From Elusimicrobia bacterium RIFOXYA2_FULL_39_19 (lineage in GTDB: Bacteria; Elusimicrobiota; Endomicrobiia; CG1-02-37-114; XYA2-FULL-39-19): a stretch of 64,000 nt of DNA. The stretch is from positions 18,476 to 82,475 of the forward strand of contig MGVC01000005.1 of the NCBI GenBank assembly GCA_001800285.1, in the 5' to 3' direction. How positions within the stretch are numbered: the stretch's first letter is position 1; every line of letters starts with the position of its first letter. The translations under genes were made by a program, and so were the position numbers. The notes below the pieces were generated by a model that ran no database searches, was not told the DNA's origin, and saw nothing but the letters and a program-made list of their open reading frames with translations. Of this stretch, positions 35,625 through 45,465 are shown one piece after another.

Positions 35625-36412
35625 AATTTCTCCGCAGAAATATTTTTAGGAAAAAATAGTGTTTGAAAAATCAGCTTGTTTTTCATTGAGAGAATTGTAT
35701 CTATCATTTTACTTATCAATTTTGGGTCTTTACTGAAAAACAGTATGTTGGGAAGCAGTTTTTTTATAAATGCCGGGCTGAATTCATTTTTTACAAAATA
35801 CTTTTTGCTCTTTTGTATAAAACAAATCTTTTTAAGCTTCAGGGTCAGATTTGTTTTTCCGGGTTTCAGTTCTCCCCAAAATGGTGTACTGGAAGCTTTT
35901 ATTATTCCGTTAATATTTTGCACAAGAACCAGCTCATCAGAAAGTACAGCTGAAGGTTTAAACTTTTTTGCTATGGTTGACTTGCCTGCATTTGTTTTAC
36001 CAATAAATAAATTAGCAGCATTTCTGAATTTAATACCGGAAGCATGCACTAAAAAACCGTTATTTATTACAGAAAACACCGAAAAAACAACTCTCAGCAG
36101 GGAATCAAGCGAATATATGTTTTCCCTTAGTTGGGCAACAGCCTTTAATTTAGAAGTGTCAAAACTTAATTGAAAATCATTTCTTGAAAAACAATGAACA
36201 CCTTTTATGTTTTTATATGTTACTTCCTTATTCTGATTCAATTTATCAGGAACAAATACTAATTTTAAATCAAGAACTTTCTGTTTTTTGAATGATCTTA
36301 CAAAAAATGGCCCATATCTTTCCGTTATTTTATTTAGGATACTACGATTTACAGAATTATTTATCTGTAAATTTAATGCAAGTTTTGTACCTAAAAGAAT
36401 TTTATAATTCAC
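35618..36412 (-). CDS. HPr-kinase-related P-loop kinase (HprK-related kinase A-like)
   Basis: GKTNAGKST Walker-A in the C-terminal half, and size/context as HprK C-terminal-domain homologues found with PqqD proteins. Confidence 0.5.
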   Translation of the reverse strand: MNYKILLGTKLALNLQINNSVNRSILNKITERYGPFFVRSFKKQKVLDLKLVFVPDKLNQNKEVTYKNIKGVHCFSRNDFQLSFDTSKLKAVAQLRENIYSLDSLLRVVFSVFSVINNGFLVHASGIKFRNAANLFIGKTNAGKSTIAKKFKPSAVLSDELVLVQNINGIIKASSTPFWGELKPGKTNLTLKLKKICFIQKSKKYFVKNEFSPAFIKKLLPNILFFSKDPKLISKMIDTILSMKNKLIFQTLFFPKNISAEKLC

Positions 36413-36441
36413 AGGTTTTCCGGTAAGCTAAGGCAAGGAGG

Positions 36442-37554
36442 TCAGATGGTTTTTACCCACCATCTTCTGGCTTTCAGTTCCAGTGCGAGTTTTTTATCTT
36501 CTAATTTCAATTTTGTTTCATCTACAGCTTCCGTTATATAGATAACGCTGTTTTTGCTTAAATCCACCAGCTTTTCTGTTGGCACTCTTTTATTTTCACT
36601 GTCAATTACTATTTTAAGTTTGGGCCTTGTGGGTAGTCCGGGGTTTGAGCCTACAACCCGGGCTATTTCGTCAGTATTTACCCGGACATAACTGCCTATA
36701 GGATAAAGTGAAACCTTTTCTATGAATAACTTTACCAGATTCATATCAAAATTCATGTCAGCCATATCAATCATTTTCTTAAGCGCGTCATGTGACAGTA
36801 TGCTTTCTCTCCAGGACCGCGGATGGGTAAATGCTTCAAACACGTCAGCTACGCTGATAATTTTTGACATTATGTCTATTTCTTCTCCGGAAAGACCTTT
36901 TGGATAACCGGCGCCGTCTCTGCGTTCGTGTACCTGGGATATAATTACGGAAACTGCGGTTTTGGTTTGCGGAGACATTATTACATTTTCCAGCAATTGT
37001 TTATTATACATAGTGTGTTTTTTGATTTCGCTGAATTCTGAACCATTTACCTTGCCTTGTTTTGCCGCAAGTTCTACAACTTTAAGCATTCCGATGTCAT
37101 GCAGGAATGCTGAAATGGTAAGTTTTTCCAGCTGTTCTGAAGAATAGCCGTAGGCAAAACCAAGGGCTGTAGAAAGAATAGCGGTATTAACACTGTGGCT
37201 ATGCAGATATAAGTCCGGCGTAGTATATCTGCACATGGCAATCAGTTCATCATTGTTGGCTACTATTAAAGCTATTATTTTTCTTGCTACATTTAAAAGC
37301 GGGTTTATGTCTACTTTGTTTTTTTCAATATTCAGAAGGAACTTTCTTTGCGTATCAATACCTTCCGTATAGACTTTTTCCGCTGAATCTACACGGTGTA
37401 TCTCCTGAACAAACTGTACCTTGTCCAGTTGGGGCTCTTCGGTTTTTTCTTCAACAATTTCTTCGGGTTCTAATTCGGATACTTCTTGAGGGGTTAAATC
37501 TTCAGTGGATTTATTTTGGACGGATTTTTTCTTAAGTATGTCTGAAAGTCGCAT
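36442..37554 (-). CDS. HD-GYP domain c-di-GMP phosphodiesterase-like protein
   Basis: HSVNTAILSTALG...LHDIGM...HERRDGAGYPKGL, the HD and GYP signatures. Confidence 0.75.
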   Translation of the reverse strand: MRLSDILKKKSVQNKSTEDLTPQEVSELEPEEIVEEKTEEPQLDKVQFVQEIHRVDSAEKVYTEGIDTQRKFLLNIEKNKVDINPLLNVARKIIALIVANNDELIAMCRYTTPDLYLHSHSVNTAILSTALGFAYGYSSEQLEKLTISAFLHDIGMLKVVELAAKQGKVNGSEFSEIKKHTMYNKQLLENVIMSPQTKTAVSVIISQVHERRDGAGYPKGLSGEEIDIMSKIISVADVFEAFTHPRSWRESILSHDALKKMIDMADMNFDMNLVKLFIEKVSLYPIGSYVRVNTDEIARVVGSNPGLPTRPKLKIVIDSENKRVPTEKLVDLSKNSVIYITEAVDETKLKLEDKKLALELKARRWWVKTI

Positions 37555-37614
37555 GGTTTAATATATAAAATACTTGGCTGTATGTCAATTTATCTGAAGG
37601 CAGATTTCTGCACT

Positions 37615-39687
37615 TCAACCGTCGTAGGGCAGTTCAATGATAAAGGTAGTTCCTTTCTTTAGTTCGCTTTCAATTTCTATATTCCCGCCATGCTCTTTAA
37701 TAATTCTGAAACTTGTAGATAAACCAAGCCCGGTACCTTTTGTTTTGGTAGTAAAAAATGGTTTGAATAACTGTTTTATGTTTTCTTTGGAAATACCAGG
37801 CCCGGTGTCTTTTACTTTTATCTTGAGATTTTCTTTGTTACTGTCTTCCAGCATTATACTGATAATTCCCTGGCCGGGAATAGCCTGTATGGCATTTAAT
37901 ATAATATTCATTAAAACTTGTTTTATCTGGGCGGGGTCTGCATAAATAGTAATGTCTTTTCTCGAATATTCTTTGACTACTTTTATATTTTTCTTTGCCG
38001 CTTCATGGCTTAAAAGCATAAGAATATTTTCAATTATATAATCTACATTTATTCTTTCAAACTGGTTCTTTTGAAGCCTGCTATAATCTGAAAGGCTATT
38101 CAATATTGTTTCCAAATGATCCAGTTCCTGAGGCACAATACTGCTGAACTTTTCCCGGTACTCTTTATCTTCAAATTTCCGAGTTAGAAGCTGAGTAAAA
38201 GTTTTTATAGCTACCAGCGGATTTTTTATTTCATGTACTACTGTGGAAGCCAGTGTGCCCAATGCTACCATTTTATCCGCCTGATACATGCTTTTTTCAA
38301 AATTACGCAATTGTTCGGTAAGCCTGGCGTTTTCTATAGCAACTGAAGACTGGGATGCTATTGAAGAAATAAAATCCAGGTCCTGCCTTAAAAAAGCATC
38401 TTCCGACATTTTTTCTCCAACACAAATTATTCCTATAAGTTCTTTATTTAATTTTACGGGAACCATGAGCATACTTTTAAGTTTAAATATTTTTCTTTCA
38501 AATTCACCTTTAATTTCATTAAGTTCGTTAAAAAATATTTTGTTTTTGTGTTTTTCAAACCAGCTTGTAATGTAGTCACCTTTTTCAAAACACACTTCTT
38601 CACTGTTAAGTAGATTAAAATTTCTGGACATTCTTATTGTATATTTTTCATTTTCTTCATTAATAAGAAGAATGGAAATCTTTTTTACAAACAGGGTATT
38701 GGTTATGGTATCAGCTATATGATCCAGTAAGGGGCCCAGCACCATCAAAGAACTTAATTTGTCGCTGAAGGCAGATAATATTTTCTGAGAATCATACTTT
38801 GTCTTGAAAAACAGTTTATCTACTATGTTTTGAAGCCAATTACGCACAGGAACAAAACCTGCAGCAACAATAATAGCAGTAGCCGTATTAACAAGAATTG
38901 AATTAAACCTTAAATATTCCAGGCCAAATGCCAGAGAAACGGCAACTATTAGTGTATATATACCTGCTACTATGGTAGTCAGTGCTGTATAAACTATAGC
39001 GCGTTTAATGACTACGCGGATATCAAAAGCCTGGTATTTTAGAATGGAATAAGCAATAAGCCCGGTCCAGATAATATTTATAAATCCGCTAACAGGATAA
39101 ATTTCAAATCCAAGAGAAAGAGCAAACAATGTAAATCCGAAAAAAACAAAAAGACTGATACCGATAAAAAAATATTTTAACTGGTTTTTAACCATGAATG
39201 ATTCTGTAACTTTAAAGGTCTTAACAAGATGGGCTAATCCATAGGATATCCAGAAAGCAACATTTAATGCAGACAGGATGTAAAGCAGAGTAGGTTTTGG
39301 TGCATAGGTCACACCTACTCTAATGTATTCTTTTGTCATTAACCCAAAAAAACCCAATATTGTAAAAAGTATTCCTATACCGTAGGACAGGTATATTAGC
39401 TTTTTGTTTCTTTCACTTATATTTCTTGATAATATCAGCATAAAATGGAATCCAGCTGCTGGTCCTAACAAGAAACCAAATCTGAATGTATCTGCCCATG
39501 TTTTGGCTAATACAGCATTTGGCATGACGTATAGTCCAAATAAGTCAAAAGACCACATTGCAATACAAAACGCAAAAAAAGCAAATATTCTGTTAAGCGG
39601 GCTTTTTGTATTTTTTTGAAACACAAAAACAGACAGGACTAAATTGACTATTGTTGAAGTTAACCAGGGAATGCAATGTATGTTCAT
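37615..39687 (-). CDS. Multi-TM sensor histidine kinase (HisKA + HATPase_c)
   Basis: N-terminal ~7 TM helices. H-box STVVHEIKNPLVAIKTF. G-boxes DTGPGIS and GTGLGLSTSFRIIKEHGG. Confidence 0.8.
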   Translation of the reverse strand: MNIHCIPWLTSTIVNLVLSVFVFQKNTKSPLNRIFAFFAFCIAMWSFDLFGLYVMPNAVLAKTWADTFRFGFLLGPAAGFHFMLILSRNISERNKKLIYLSYGIGILFTILGFFGLMTKEYIRVGVTYAPKPTLLYILSALNVAFWISYGLAHLVKTFKVTESFMVKNQLKYFFIGISLFVFFGFTLFALSLGFEIYPVSGFINIIWTGLIAYSILKYQAFDIRVVIKRAIVYTALTTIVAGIYTLIVAVSLAFGLEYLRFNSILVNTATAIIVAAGFVPVRNWLQNIVDKLFFKTKYDSQKILSAFSDKLSSLMVLGPLLDHIADTITNTLFVKKISILLINEENEKYTIRMSRNFNLLNSEEVCFEKGDYITSWFEKHKNKIFFNELNEIKGEFERKIFKLKSMLMVPVKLNKELIGIICVGEKMSEDAFLRQDLDFISSIASQSSVAIENARLTEQLRNFEKSMYQADKMVALGTLASTVVHEIKNPLVAIKTFTQLLTRKFEDKEYREKFSSIVPQELDHLETILNSLSDYSRLQKNQFERINVDYIIENILMLLSHEAAKKNIKVVKEYSRKDITIYADPAQIKQVLMNIILNAIQAIPGQGIISIMLEDSNKENLKIKVKDTGPGISKENIKQLFKPFFTTKTKGTGLGLSTSFRIIKEHGGNIEIESELKKGTTFIIELPYDG

Positions 39688-39787
39688 AAATTATTAATTT
39701 TATAAAATATAAATTTCAAACCTTAAATAGTAGTATATCAAATGAACATGCATTTTCAAAACATCAGCAAATATCTTCTTTACTTGA

Positions 39788-41125
39788 CTAATATTTGTAC
39801 GCCTCTTTTATTGACATATACAACTGTTCATAGATGGGTTTTGAAACCGGGACCGACTTACCAGCACTTCCTTTTGTATAGGTTCTTAAGTACAAATCCG
39901 CCAAGCATTCATAAAATTTTTCTCTTGGTAATTTCGTAGGAAATATTGAATGAATAAAATCAAAAAGATTATAATTGTAAGTCACAAATTCTTTGTACCT
40001 TTCATGATACAAATCTGTTCCGGGTAACGGCGTCAGGACAGAAAATATCGGGTGCGGAAGATTCATTTTTTCAACATAATCACCTAACTCTATAAAATCC
40101 TTTTCCAAGTAATCGGGATTTACAATGAACTGGGCAACTACTGTAATATTATTTTGGTGCAAAATATTTATAGCTTCTTCATTGTTTTTTACTGAATTGC
40201 TTTTGTTAAAAACCTTTAGTTCTTCATCCCTGAAAGACTCAATACCCAACAGTACCATTTCCGCTCCAATCTCTTTCCATTTTGCTATTAAATCGGGATG
40301 TTTTACTATAGTATCTGACCTGGCAATAAGTTTGTATGTCTTTTTTATTCCTTTTTCTTTTAGTAATTCGTACAGTTTTTCTGCTCTGTTAACATCATGC
40401 AGAAAATTATCATCACAAATACTTATATAAGGTTCTTCTATAGTTTGAATCTCTTTAACAATACTTTCTGCGCTTCTTAATCTATACCGGCCCCTTTCAT
40501 GCTTCCAGACTGCACAGAAATTACATCTAAACGGGCAACCTCTTGAAGTTAGTAAAGATGCTACCGGCCTCCAGGCTGCCCTGAAATATTTTTCACGGTA
40601 TTTTTTGGTTAAATGTCTTACTGGGAAGGGCATATCGTCAAGATTTTCCATAAAATCTCTTTCCTGAGTTATTTTAAGTTTACAATTTTCCTGAATACCT
40701 ATACCCTTTATTTTTGAAAAATCTTTTTTAAATTCTACTGCATCAACTATTTCACTGAATGTCGCCTGGCCTTCACCAATCACAACAAAATCTATGCAGG
40801 CTTTATTAAAATCCTCAGGAATTAGTGTAGGGTGGTGGCCGCCTACTACAGTAATAACATCTTTATTGAATTTTTTAATGTTTTCAAATATTTCACAAGC
40901 CGCATATACATCGGGAGTTAAAGCTGTTATGCCTACAATATCTGGTTTAAATGTGTCCAGGTCTTCTTTCAATAGTTTATCTATCCTCATATCCAGGATT
41001 TTAACGTTATGTTTATCTAAAACACCTGCTGCAATTGTTTCCAGAGCTAAAGGTTCTGGCAAATATAACACCCCGGATCCTACTAAATTTTCATTTAACG
41101 GCGGTTGAATAAGTAAAATGTTCAT
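39788..41125 (-). CDS. B12-binding-domain radical SAM enzyme (class B)
   Basis: N-terminal Rossmann-like B12-binding region (MNILLIQPPL...). CPFRCNFC radical SAM motif; 445 aa. Confidence 0.7.
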   Translation of the reverse strand: MNILLIQPPLNENLVGSGVLYLPEPLALETIAAGVLDKHNVKILDMRIDKLLKEDLDTFKPDIVGITALTPDVYAACEIFENIKKFNKDVITVVGGHHPTLIPEDFNKACIDFVVIGEGQATFSEIVDAVEFKKDFSKIKGIGIQENCKLKITQERDFMENLDDMPFPVRHLTKKYREKYFRAAWRPVASLLTSRGCPFRCNFCAVWKHERGRYRLRSAESIVKEIQTIEEPYISICDDNFLHDVNRAEKLYELLKEKGIKKTYKLIARSDTIVKHPDLIAKWKEIGAEMVLLGIESFRDEELKVFNKSNSVKNNEEAINILHQNNITVVAQFIVNPDYLEKDFIELGDYVEKMNLPHPIFSVLTPLPGTDLYHERYKEFVTYNYNLFDFIHSIFPTKLPREKFYECLADLYLRTYTKGSAGKSVPVSKPIYEQLYMSIKEAYKY

Positions 41126-41926
41126 TTAATTCTCCTGTAATAAATTTATTTCCAAACATTTTCTGTTAAAAAGATCTACTAACGAACAGTTCGGTACTAC
41201 TATCGGTTTTCTTTTGTCTAATAACATTAAAACAGTTTCAAGCACCAACAGAGATCCCGCTAAGGAACATATAGGGCTTATTACTGAAGGAGTTATATCC
41301 CTGTTTGTCAGCTCAACTATTTTGTTGTGAGGAATATAATCGGGAAGTTTCACGCTGAGTTTTTTGAATATTTTATAAAAATCCGGCTCGGTGCCGGCAT
41401 CAACACCAAAAAACTTTTCCATTGTCAAACCTTTTGGGTCAAACACCAGCAATGGACTGCTATAAGCAATAGCACCTGACAAAATAACATAAAGATTTTT
41501 CTCCCGGGCCTTCGGATAAAGGGCCATACGGGCTTCAAAAGTGAAAAACTCTATGGCATCTATTACCAGATTGGCGCCCTGCAAAAACTCATCCACATTA
41601 TCTTTATTTACTCCTTCAGAGAAAACATCTACTTTAATTTCTGGATTGATATCTCTAACTATTTCAGCTATTACTTCCGCTTTTTTTCTGTTTAAGGTTT
41701 TAATGGAAGAACCAAACTGCCTGTTAAAATCTGTTGCTGAAAAAACTTCAGGGTCTGCGATTTTTATATGCCCCACACCCAATCGGGCAAGGCGTTCTGC
41801 CGGAAAGCCCCCTACTCCACCGACTCCCGCTATGCAGACAGTAGAATTTTTTAGTTTTTCCTGTTCTGCTTCTGTAAGCAGGCCTATGTTTCTGTTGGTA
41901 ATTTCAGTATATGCGGGTTTATTCAT
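41126..41926 (-). CDS. ThiF/MoeB/HesA-family E1-like adenylyltransferase
   Basis: CIAGVGGVGGFPAERLARLGVG nucleotide-binding motif; 266 aa. Confidence 0.7.
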   Translation of the reverse strand: MNKPAYTEITNRNIGLLTEAEQEKLKNSTVCIAGVGGVGGFPAERLARLGVGHIKIADPEVFSATDFNRQFGSSIKTLNRKKAEVIAEIVRDINPEIKVDVFSEGVNKDNVDEFLQGANLVIDAIEFFTFEARMALYPKAREKNLYVILSGAIAYSSPLLVFDPKGLTMEKFFGVDAGTEPDFYKIFKKLSVKLPDYIPHNKIVELTNRDITPSVISPICSLAGSLLVLETVLMLLDKRKPIVVPNCSLVDLFNRKCLEINLLQEN

Positions 41927-42483
41927 AGTATAAAAGGAATCAGGGCATACGTTTCTTTACGGTATTGCCTGTATTCATCCCCCAATTTAGAAATTAGTGC
42001 TTTTTCTTCAAACGGAATTCTGGAATAAATAGCAAGCACCATCAGTACAGCTCCTGAGGAAAGCATGTAATATGCATTTGCTATCAAAGCTACCGCTATC
42101 ACATCAATTACATTGCTTAAATAAACGGGATGCCTTAAAAACTTATACGGGCCTTTTCTAATTACCCTATGGTTTTCCCGTATTTCTATATCAGCGCTCC
42201 AGAATTCTGATAAAGTTGTTGCTCCCCACCTTTTGAGAAAAAAACGCGCAACCCACAACACCATACCTATGGCAGCAACAGTATAATTTATCTGCCTGTT
42301 TACTACCAGAAATTCCACAACTACCAGTACAAGGTAACTGGAATAAGCAATACCCAGAAAGTTAATGGTCCACTTGTCGCGGATTTCTCCTTTAGTTTTT
42401 TTCTTTTCATAAAGACTTATTTCAAAATACCTAAGCAAAATCATAAAAACCATAAACAACGCAAAAAAAATCTGATAATTCAT
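41923..42483 (-). CDS. Isoprenylcysteine carboxyl methyltransferase (ICMT)/PEMT-family membrane methyltransferase
   Basis: NHRVIRKGPYKFLRHPVYLSNV C-terminal motif; multi-TM, 186 aa. Confidence 0.65.
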   Translation of the reverse strand: MNYQIFFALFMVFMILLRYFEISLYEKKKTKGEIRDKWTINFLGIAYSSYLVLVVVEFLVVNRQINYTVAAIGMVLWVARFFLKRWGATTLSEFWSADIEIRENHRVIRKGPYKFLRHPVYLSNVIDVIAVALIANAYYMLSSGAVLMVLAIYSRIPFEEKALISKLGDEYRQYRKETYALIPFIL

Positions 42484-42499
42484 GTCTTTTTTCTCCTTT

Positions 42500-43897
42500 T
42501 TAGAATAATCTTAAATTCATCAACTTACCTGAAAACAAATTTGATATTTTAAACTGCGAGGTTTTGCACAGCCCTCCACCGCTATTTCCGTACATTTCAG
42601 GAAAAATACCGGCATTAATAGCCGCAGTATTTTTTACACCCTGATAATCAACTCTTTTTACTATCATGGAGATATTATTCCCGCCTAAACCAAAAGAATT
42701 AATAAGAGCTGAATTAACTTCGTTTCTTCGGCTTTTATTAGGCACATAATCCAAATCACAGTCAGGATCTTCCTCTTCATAATTAATGGTTGGCGGCAGA
42801 TGGTTTTCCTGTATAGACATCAATGTTGCCGCCATTTGAATAGCGCCTGTAGAGGCAAGCGGCTGGCCTATCATGGACTTTATAGAGCTTACAGGTATAT
42901 CATAAGCAGATTCCCCGAAAACTTCTTTTATAGCCATAGTTTCTCTTTTATCCGACACCTGGGAGGAACTGCCATGCGCATTTACATAATCTATGTCTTC
43001 TGGCTCCAACCCGGATTCATCCAATGCAAGATTTATAGCTTTTACAACTTCCTTGCCTGTCGGTTCCATTTTAAAAATATTATATCCATCATTTGTTACA
43101 CCGTAACCTGAAACTTCCGCATACATCTTTGCTTTGCGTTTCATAGCAAATTCATAACTTTCCATTACTACCACTCCTGCCCCTTCTGATAAAATATATC
43201 CTTCTCTGGATTTTTCAAAAGGCCTGCTAACAGTTTTCGGGTTTTCTTTTCCTTTTCCTTTTGCCAGCACCTGAGCAGCACAGAACGTATCAAAAGCAAA
43301 CGGAGTAATAGGTGTTTCACTTCCTCCGGCTATTACCACATCGGCCCGGCCGTTTTTTATTAAATCATAACCATACGCTATTGCATTTAAAGCTGAAGAA
43401 CAACCGGTGCAAATGGTCATGTTAGGGCCTTTTATACGAAATTCCTGGGCTATTACACCCAGCGCTGTATTGTTGTTTATTACGCTTACACATAAAGGAT
43501 TAATACCGTTTACACCTTTTTCTCTGAAAACATCATACTGTTGTTCATTTAGTTCCTGGCCCCCAATAGAAGTAGCAAAAGATATACCTGTCCGGTAAGA
43601 CAAGTCCTCATCAGAACCGTCAAGTTTTAATGAAGCGTCATCTACTGCCATCCTGGTTGCCGCAAGGGCAAACTGCGCAAACCGGCTTAACCGCCGGCCC
43701 AATTTATAATCCATATACTTTGAAGCATCAAAATCTTTTACTTCTCCAGCTACCTGGCTGGGATATTCGCTTGGGTCAAATCTTGTAACCCTGCCAATTC
43801 CTGACTCACCTGAAACTGTTGAATTCCAAAACTCATCCTTACCTATGCCATTTGGTGCAATTACACCAATACCTGTAATAACTACTCTTTTGCTCAT
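42500..43897 (-). CDS. Beta-ketoacyl-ACP synthase (FabF/FabB-like) with ~50-aa C-terminal extension
   Basis: MSKRVVITGIGVIAPNGIG, active-site region ICTGCSSALNA, HGSSS, and FGLGGNN motifs. Confidence 0.75.
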   Translation of the reverse strand: MSKRVVITGIGVIAPNGIGKDEFWNSTVSGESGIGRVTRFDPSEYPSQVAGEVKDFDASKYMDYKLGRRLSRFAQFALAATRMAVDDASLKLDGSDEDLSYRTGISFATSIGGQELNEQQYDVFREKGVNGINPLCVSVINNNTALGVIAQEFRIKGPNMTICTGCSSALNAIAYGYDLIKNGRADVVIAGGSETPITPFAFDTFCAAQVLAKGKGKENPKTVSRPFEKSREGYILSEGAGVVVMESYEFAMKRKAKMYAEVSGYGVTNDGYNIFKMEPTGKEVVKAINLALDESGLEPEDIDYVNAHGSSSQVSDKRETMAIKEVFGESAYDIPVSSIKSMIGQPLASTGAIQMAATLMSIQENHLPPTINYEEEDPDCDLDYVPNKSRRNEVNSALINSFGLGGNNISMIVKRVDYQGVKNTAAINAGIFPEMYGNSGGGLCKTSQFKISNLFSGKLMNLRLF

Positions 43898-43958
43898 TCT
43901 GTCTTCACCTTTCCTTTAAGTATTTTAAATCCAATGAGAAGCGTGTTAAAACAGTATG

Positions 43959-43975
43959 CGCAATTAGTTTGCCAG
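43959..43975 (-). promoter_or_regulatory. Sigma54 (-24/-12) promoter driving KAS operon
   Basis: Minus-strand CTGGCAAACTAATTGCG = TGGCAA-N5-TTGCG versus consensus TGGCAC-N5-TTGCA. GG and GC are 10 nt apart. It lies ~60 nt upstream of the KAS ATG, with an AGGAAAGG RBS in between. Confidence 0.55.
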
Positions 43976-44002
43976 GCACCTTCCTATATAAACAAAAAAA
44001 GA

Positions 44003-44050
44003 GAAGCATACCTATTTGTGCATCAAGTACAAATAGGTATGCTTCTCAAA
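44003..44050 (-). terminator. Rho-independent terminator of NtrC-type regulator gene
   Basis: Minus-strand GAAGCATACCTATTTGT-loop-ACAAATAGGTATGCTTC followed by TCTTTTTTTG. Confidence 0.6.
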
Positions 44051-44073
44051 ATGTTTTTAAAACTCTAAAACTT

Positions 44074-45465
44074 CTATTTTGCGGATTGTATTCCAAGTAT
44101 CTTCATCTTATATATGAGGGTGTTTCTGTGAATACCCATTAATTTTGCGGCTTTTGTCTGGTTCCAGTTAACTTTTTCCAATATCCCTATGACAAACTTC
44201 TTTTCATACTGGCCGCAGACATAATTTACCAGGGACCTTTTTTCTTCGGGAACTGTTTCTTTATCAAACTCTTCAGGCATAAAAATATCTAATGGAAACC
44301 TGTTGTGTGTTATCACGCTATCTTTGCTTAATGCCACCATTCTTTCCACAATGTTTTTAAGTTCCCGCACATTTCCCGGCCAGTCATAATTTTTCAATAT
44401 GTTCATGGCCTGTTTGGAAATACTTGTGATATTCTTTGAAAACTTTTTATTGAAAAACTTTATGTAATAATCAATCAGAAGAGAAAGGTCTTTCTTCCTT
44501 TCACGTAACGGCGGAAGATTTATAGGAACTACGTTTAAGCGGTAATATAAATCTTCCCTGAACTTTCCATCCTTGATAGCTTTTTTAATATCCATATTTG
44601 TAGCTGAAATAATACGGGCATTTATTTTTAAATCTTTTATACCGCCTACGCGCTGAAATTCGCGGGTTTCAATTACTCTAAGCAGTTTTGACTGCAGGTT
44701 CATGGGCAGGGTGCCTATTTCATCAAGAAAAACAGTACCGTTATCCGCTAGTTCAAACTTCCCAAGTTTCTGGGAAATTGCATCTGTAAATGCGCCTTTT
44801 TCATGTCCGAAAAGCTCGCTTTCAATAAGGTTTTCTGGTATGGACGCGCAATCAACTACCACGAAAGGTCCATTCTTCCTGTTACTGTTATAGTGAAGGG
44901 CTTTTGCCACCAAATCTTTTCCCGTACCACTTTCTCCCAGAACCATTACATTTGAATCTGTTTTACACATTTCAAATACAAGTTCAAAGATTCTTTTCAT
45001 GGGTTCGCTGTTGCCGATTATATTTTCAAACGCAGTCGGTTTTATTTCAGATCTCAGATAAACTACTTCTTTATTGAGCCTTTTTCTTTCAAACGCTCTT
45101 TCTACAGACAAAAGCATTTCGTCGGCATCAAAAGGTTTCATGATATAGTCATAAGCGCCAAGTTTCATGGCTTCAATAGCGGTTTTCACTGTTTTTACGG
45201 CAGTAACTACGATTATTTCTACATCAGAATTAATGGCCCTTATTCTCTTTAAGGTTTCAAGGCCGTCCATACCTTCCATTAAAATATCAAGAATTATCAA
45301 ATCAACATTCTGTTTATTTACTACATCAATAGCGGCCGGGCCGCTGTTTACACCCAAAACATTGTACTTATCCAGCAAAACCTTGAATGTTTCAACAACA
45401 TTTACTTCATCGTCAACTACCATAACAACCAGCGAATCTTTGTCTAACAACTTCTTGTTTTCCAT
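44074..45465 (-). CDS. Sigma54-dependent response regulator (NtrC/AtoC family: REC-AAA+-HTH)
   Basis: Receiver domain (VVMVVDDE...). AAA+ GESGTGKDLVAKALH. ESELFGHEKGAFTDA (GAFTGA motif). C-terminal HTH. Confidence 0.85.
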   Translation of the reverse strand: MENKKLLDKDSLVVMVVDDEVNVVETFKVLLDKYNVLGVNSGPAAIDVVNKQNVDLIILDILMEGMDGLETLKRIRAINSDVEIIVVTAVKTVKTAIEAMKLGAYDYIMKPFDADEMLLSVERAFERKRLNKEVVYLRSEIKPTAFENIIGNSEPMKRIFELVFEMCKTDSNVMVLGESGTGKDLVAKALHYNSNRKNGPFVVVDCASIPENLIESELFGHEKGAFTDAISQKLGKFELADNGTVFLDEIGTLPMNLQSKLLRVIETREFQRVGGIKDLKINARIISATNMDIKKAIKDGKFREDLYYRLNVVPINLPPLRERKKDLSLLIDYYIKFFNKKFSKNITSISKQAMNILKNYDWPGNVRELKNIVERMVALSKDSVITHNRFPLDIFMPEEFDKETVPEEKRSLVNYVCGQYEKKFVIGILEKVNWNQTKAAKLMGIHRNTLIYKMKILGIQSAK

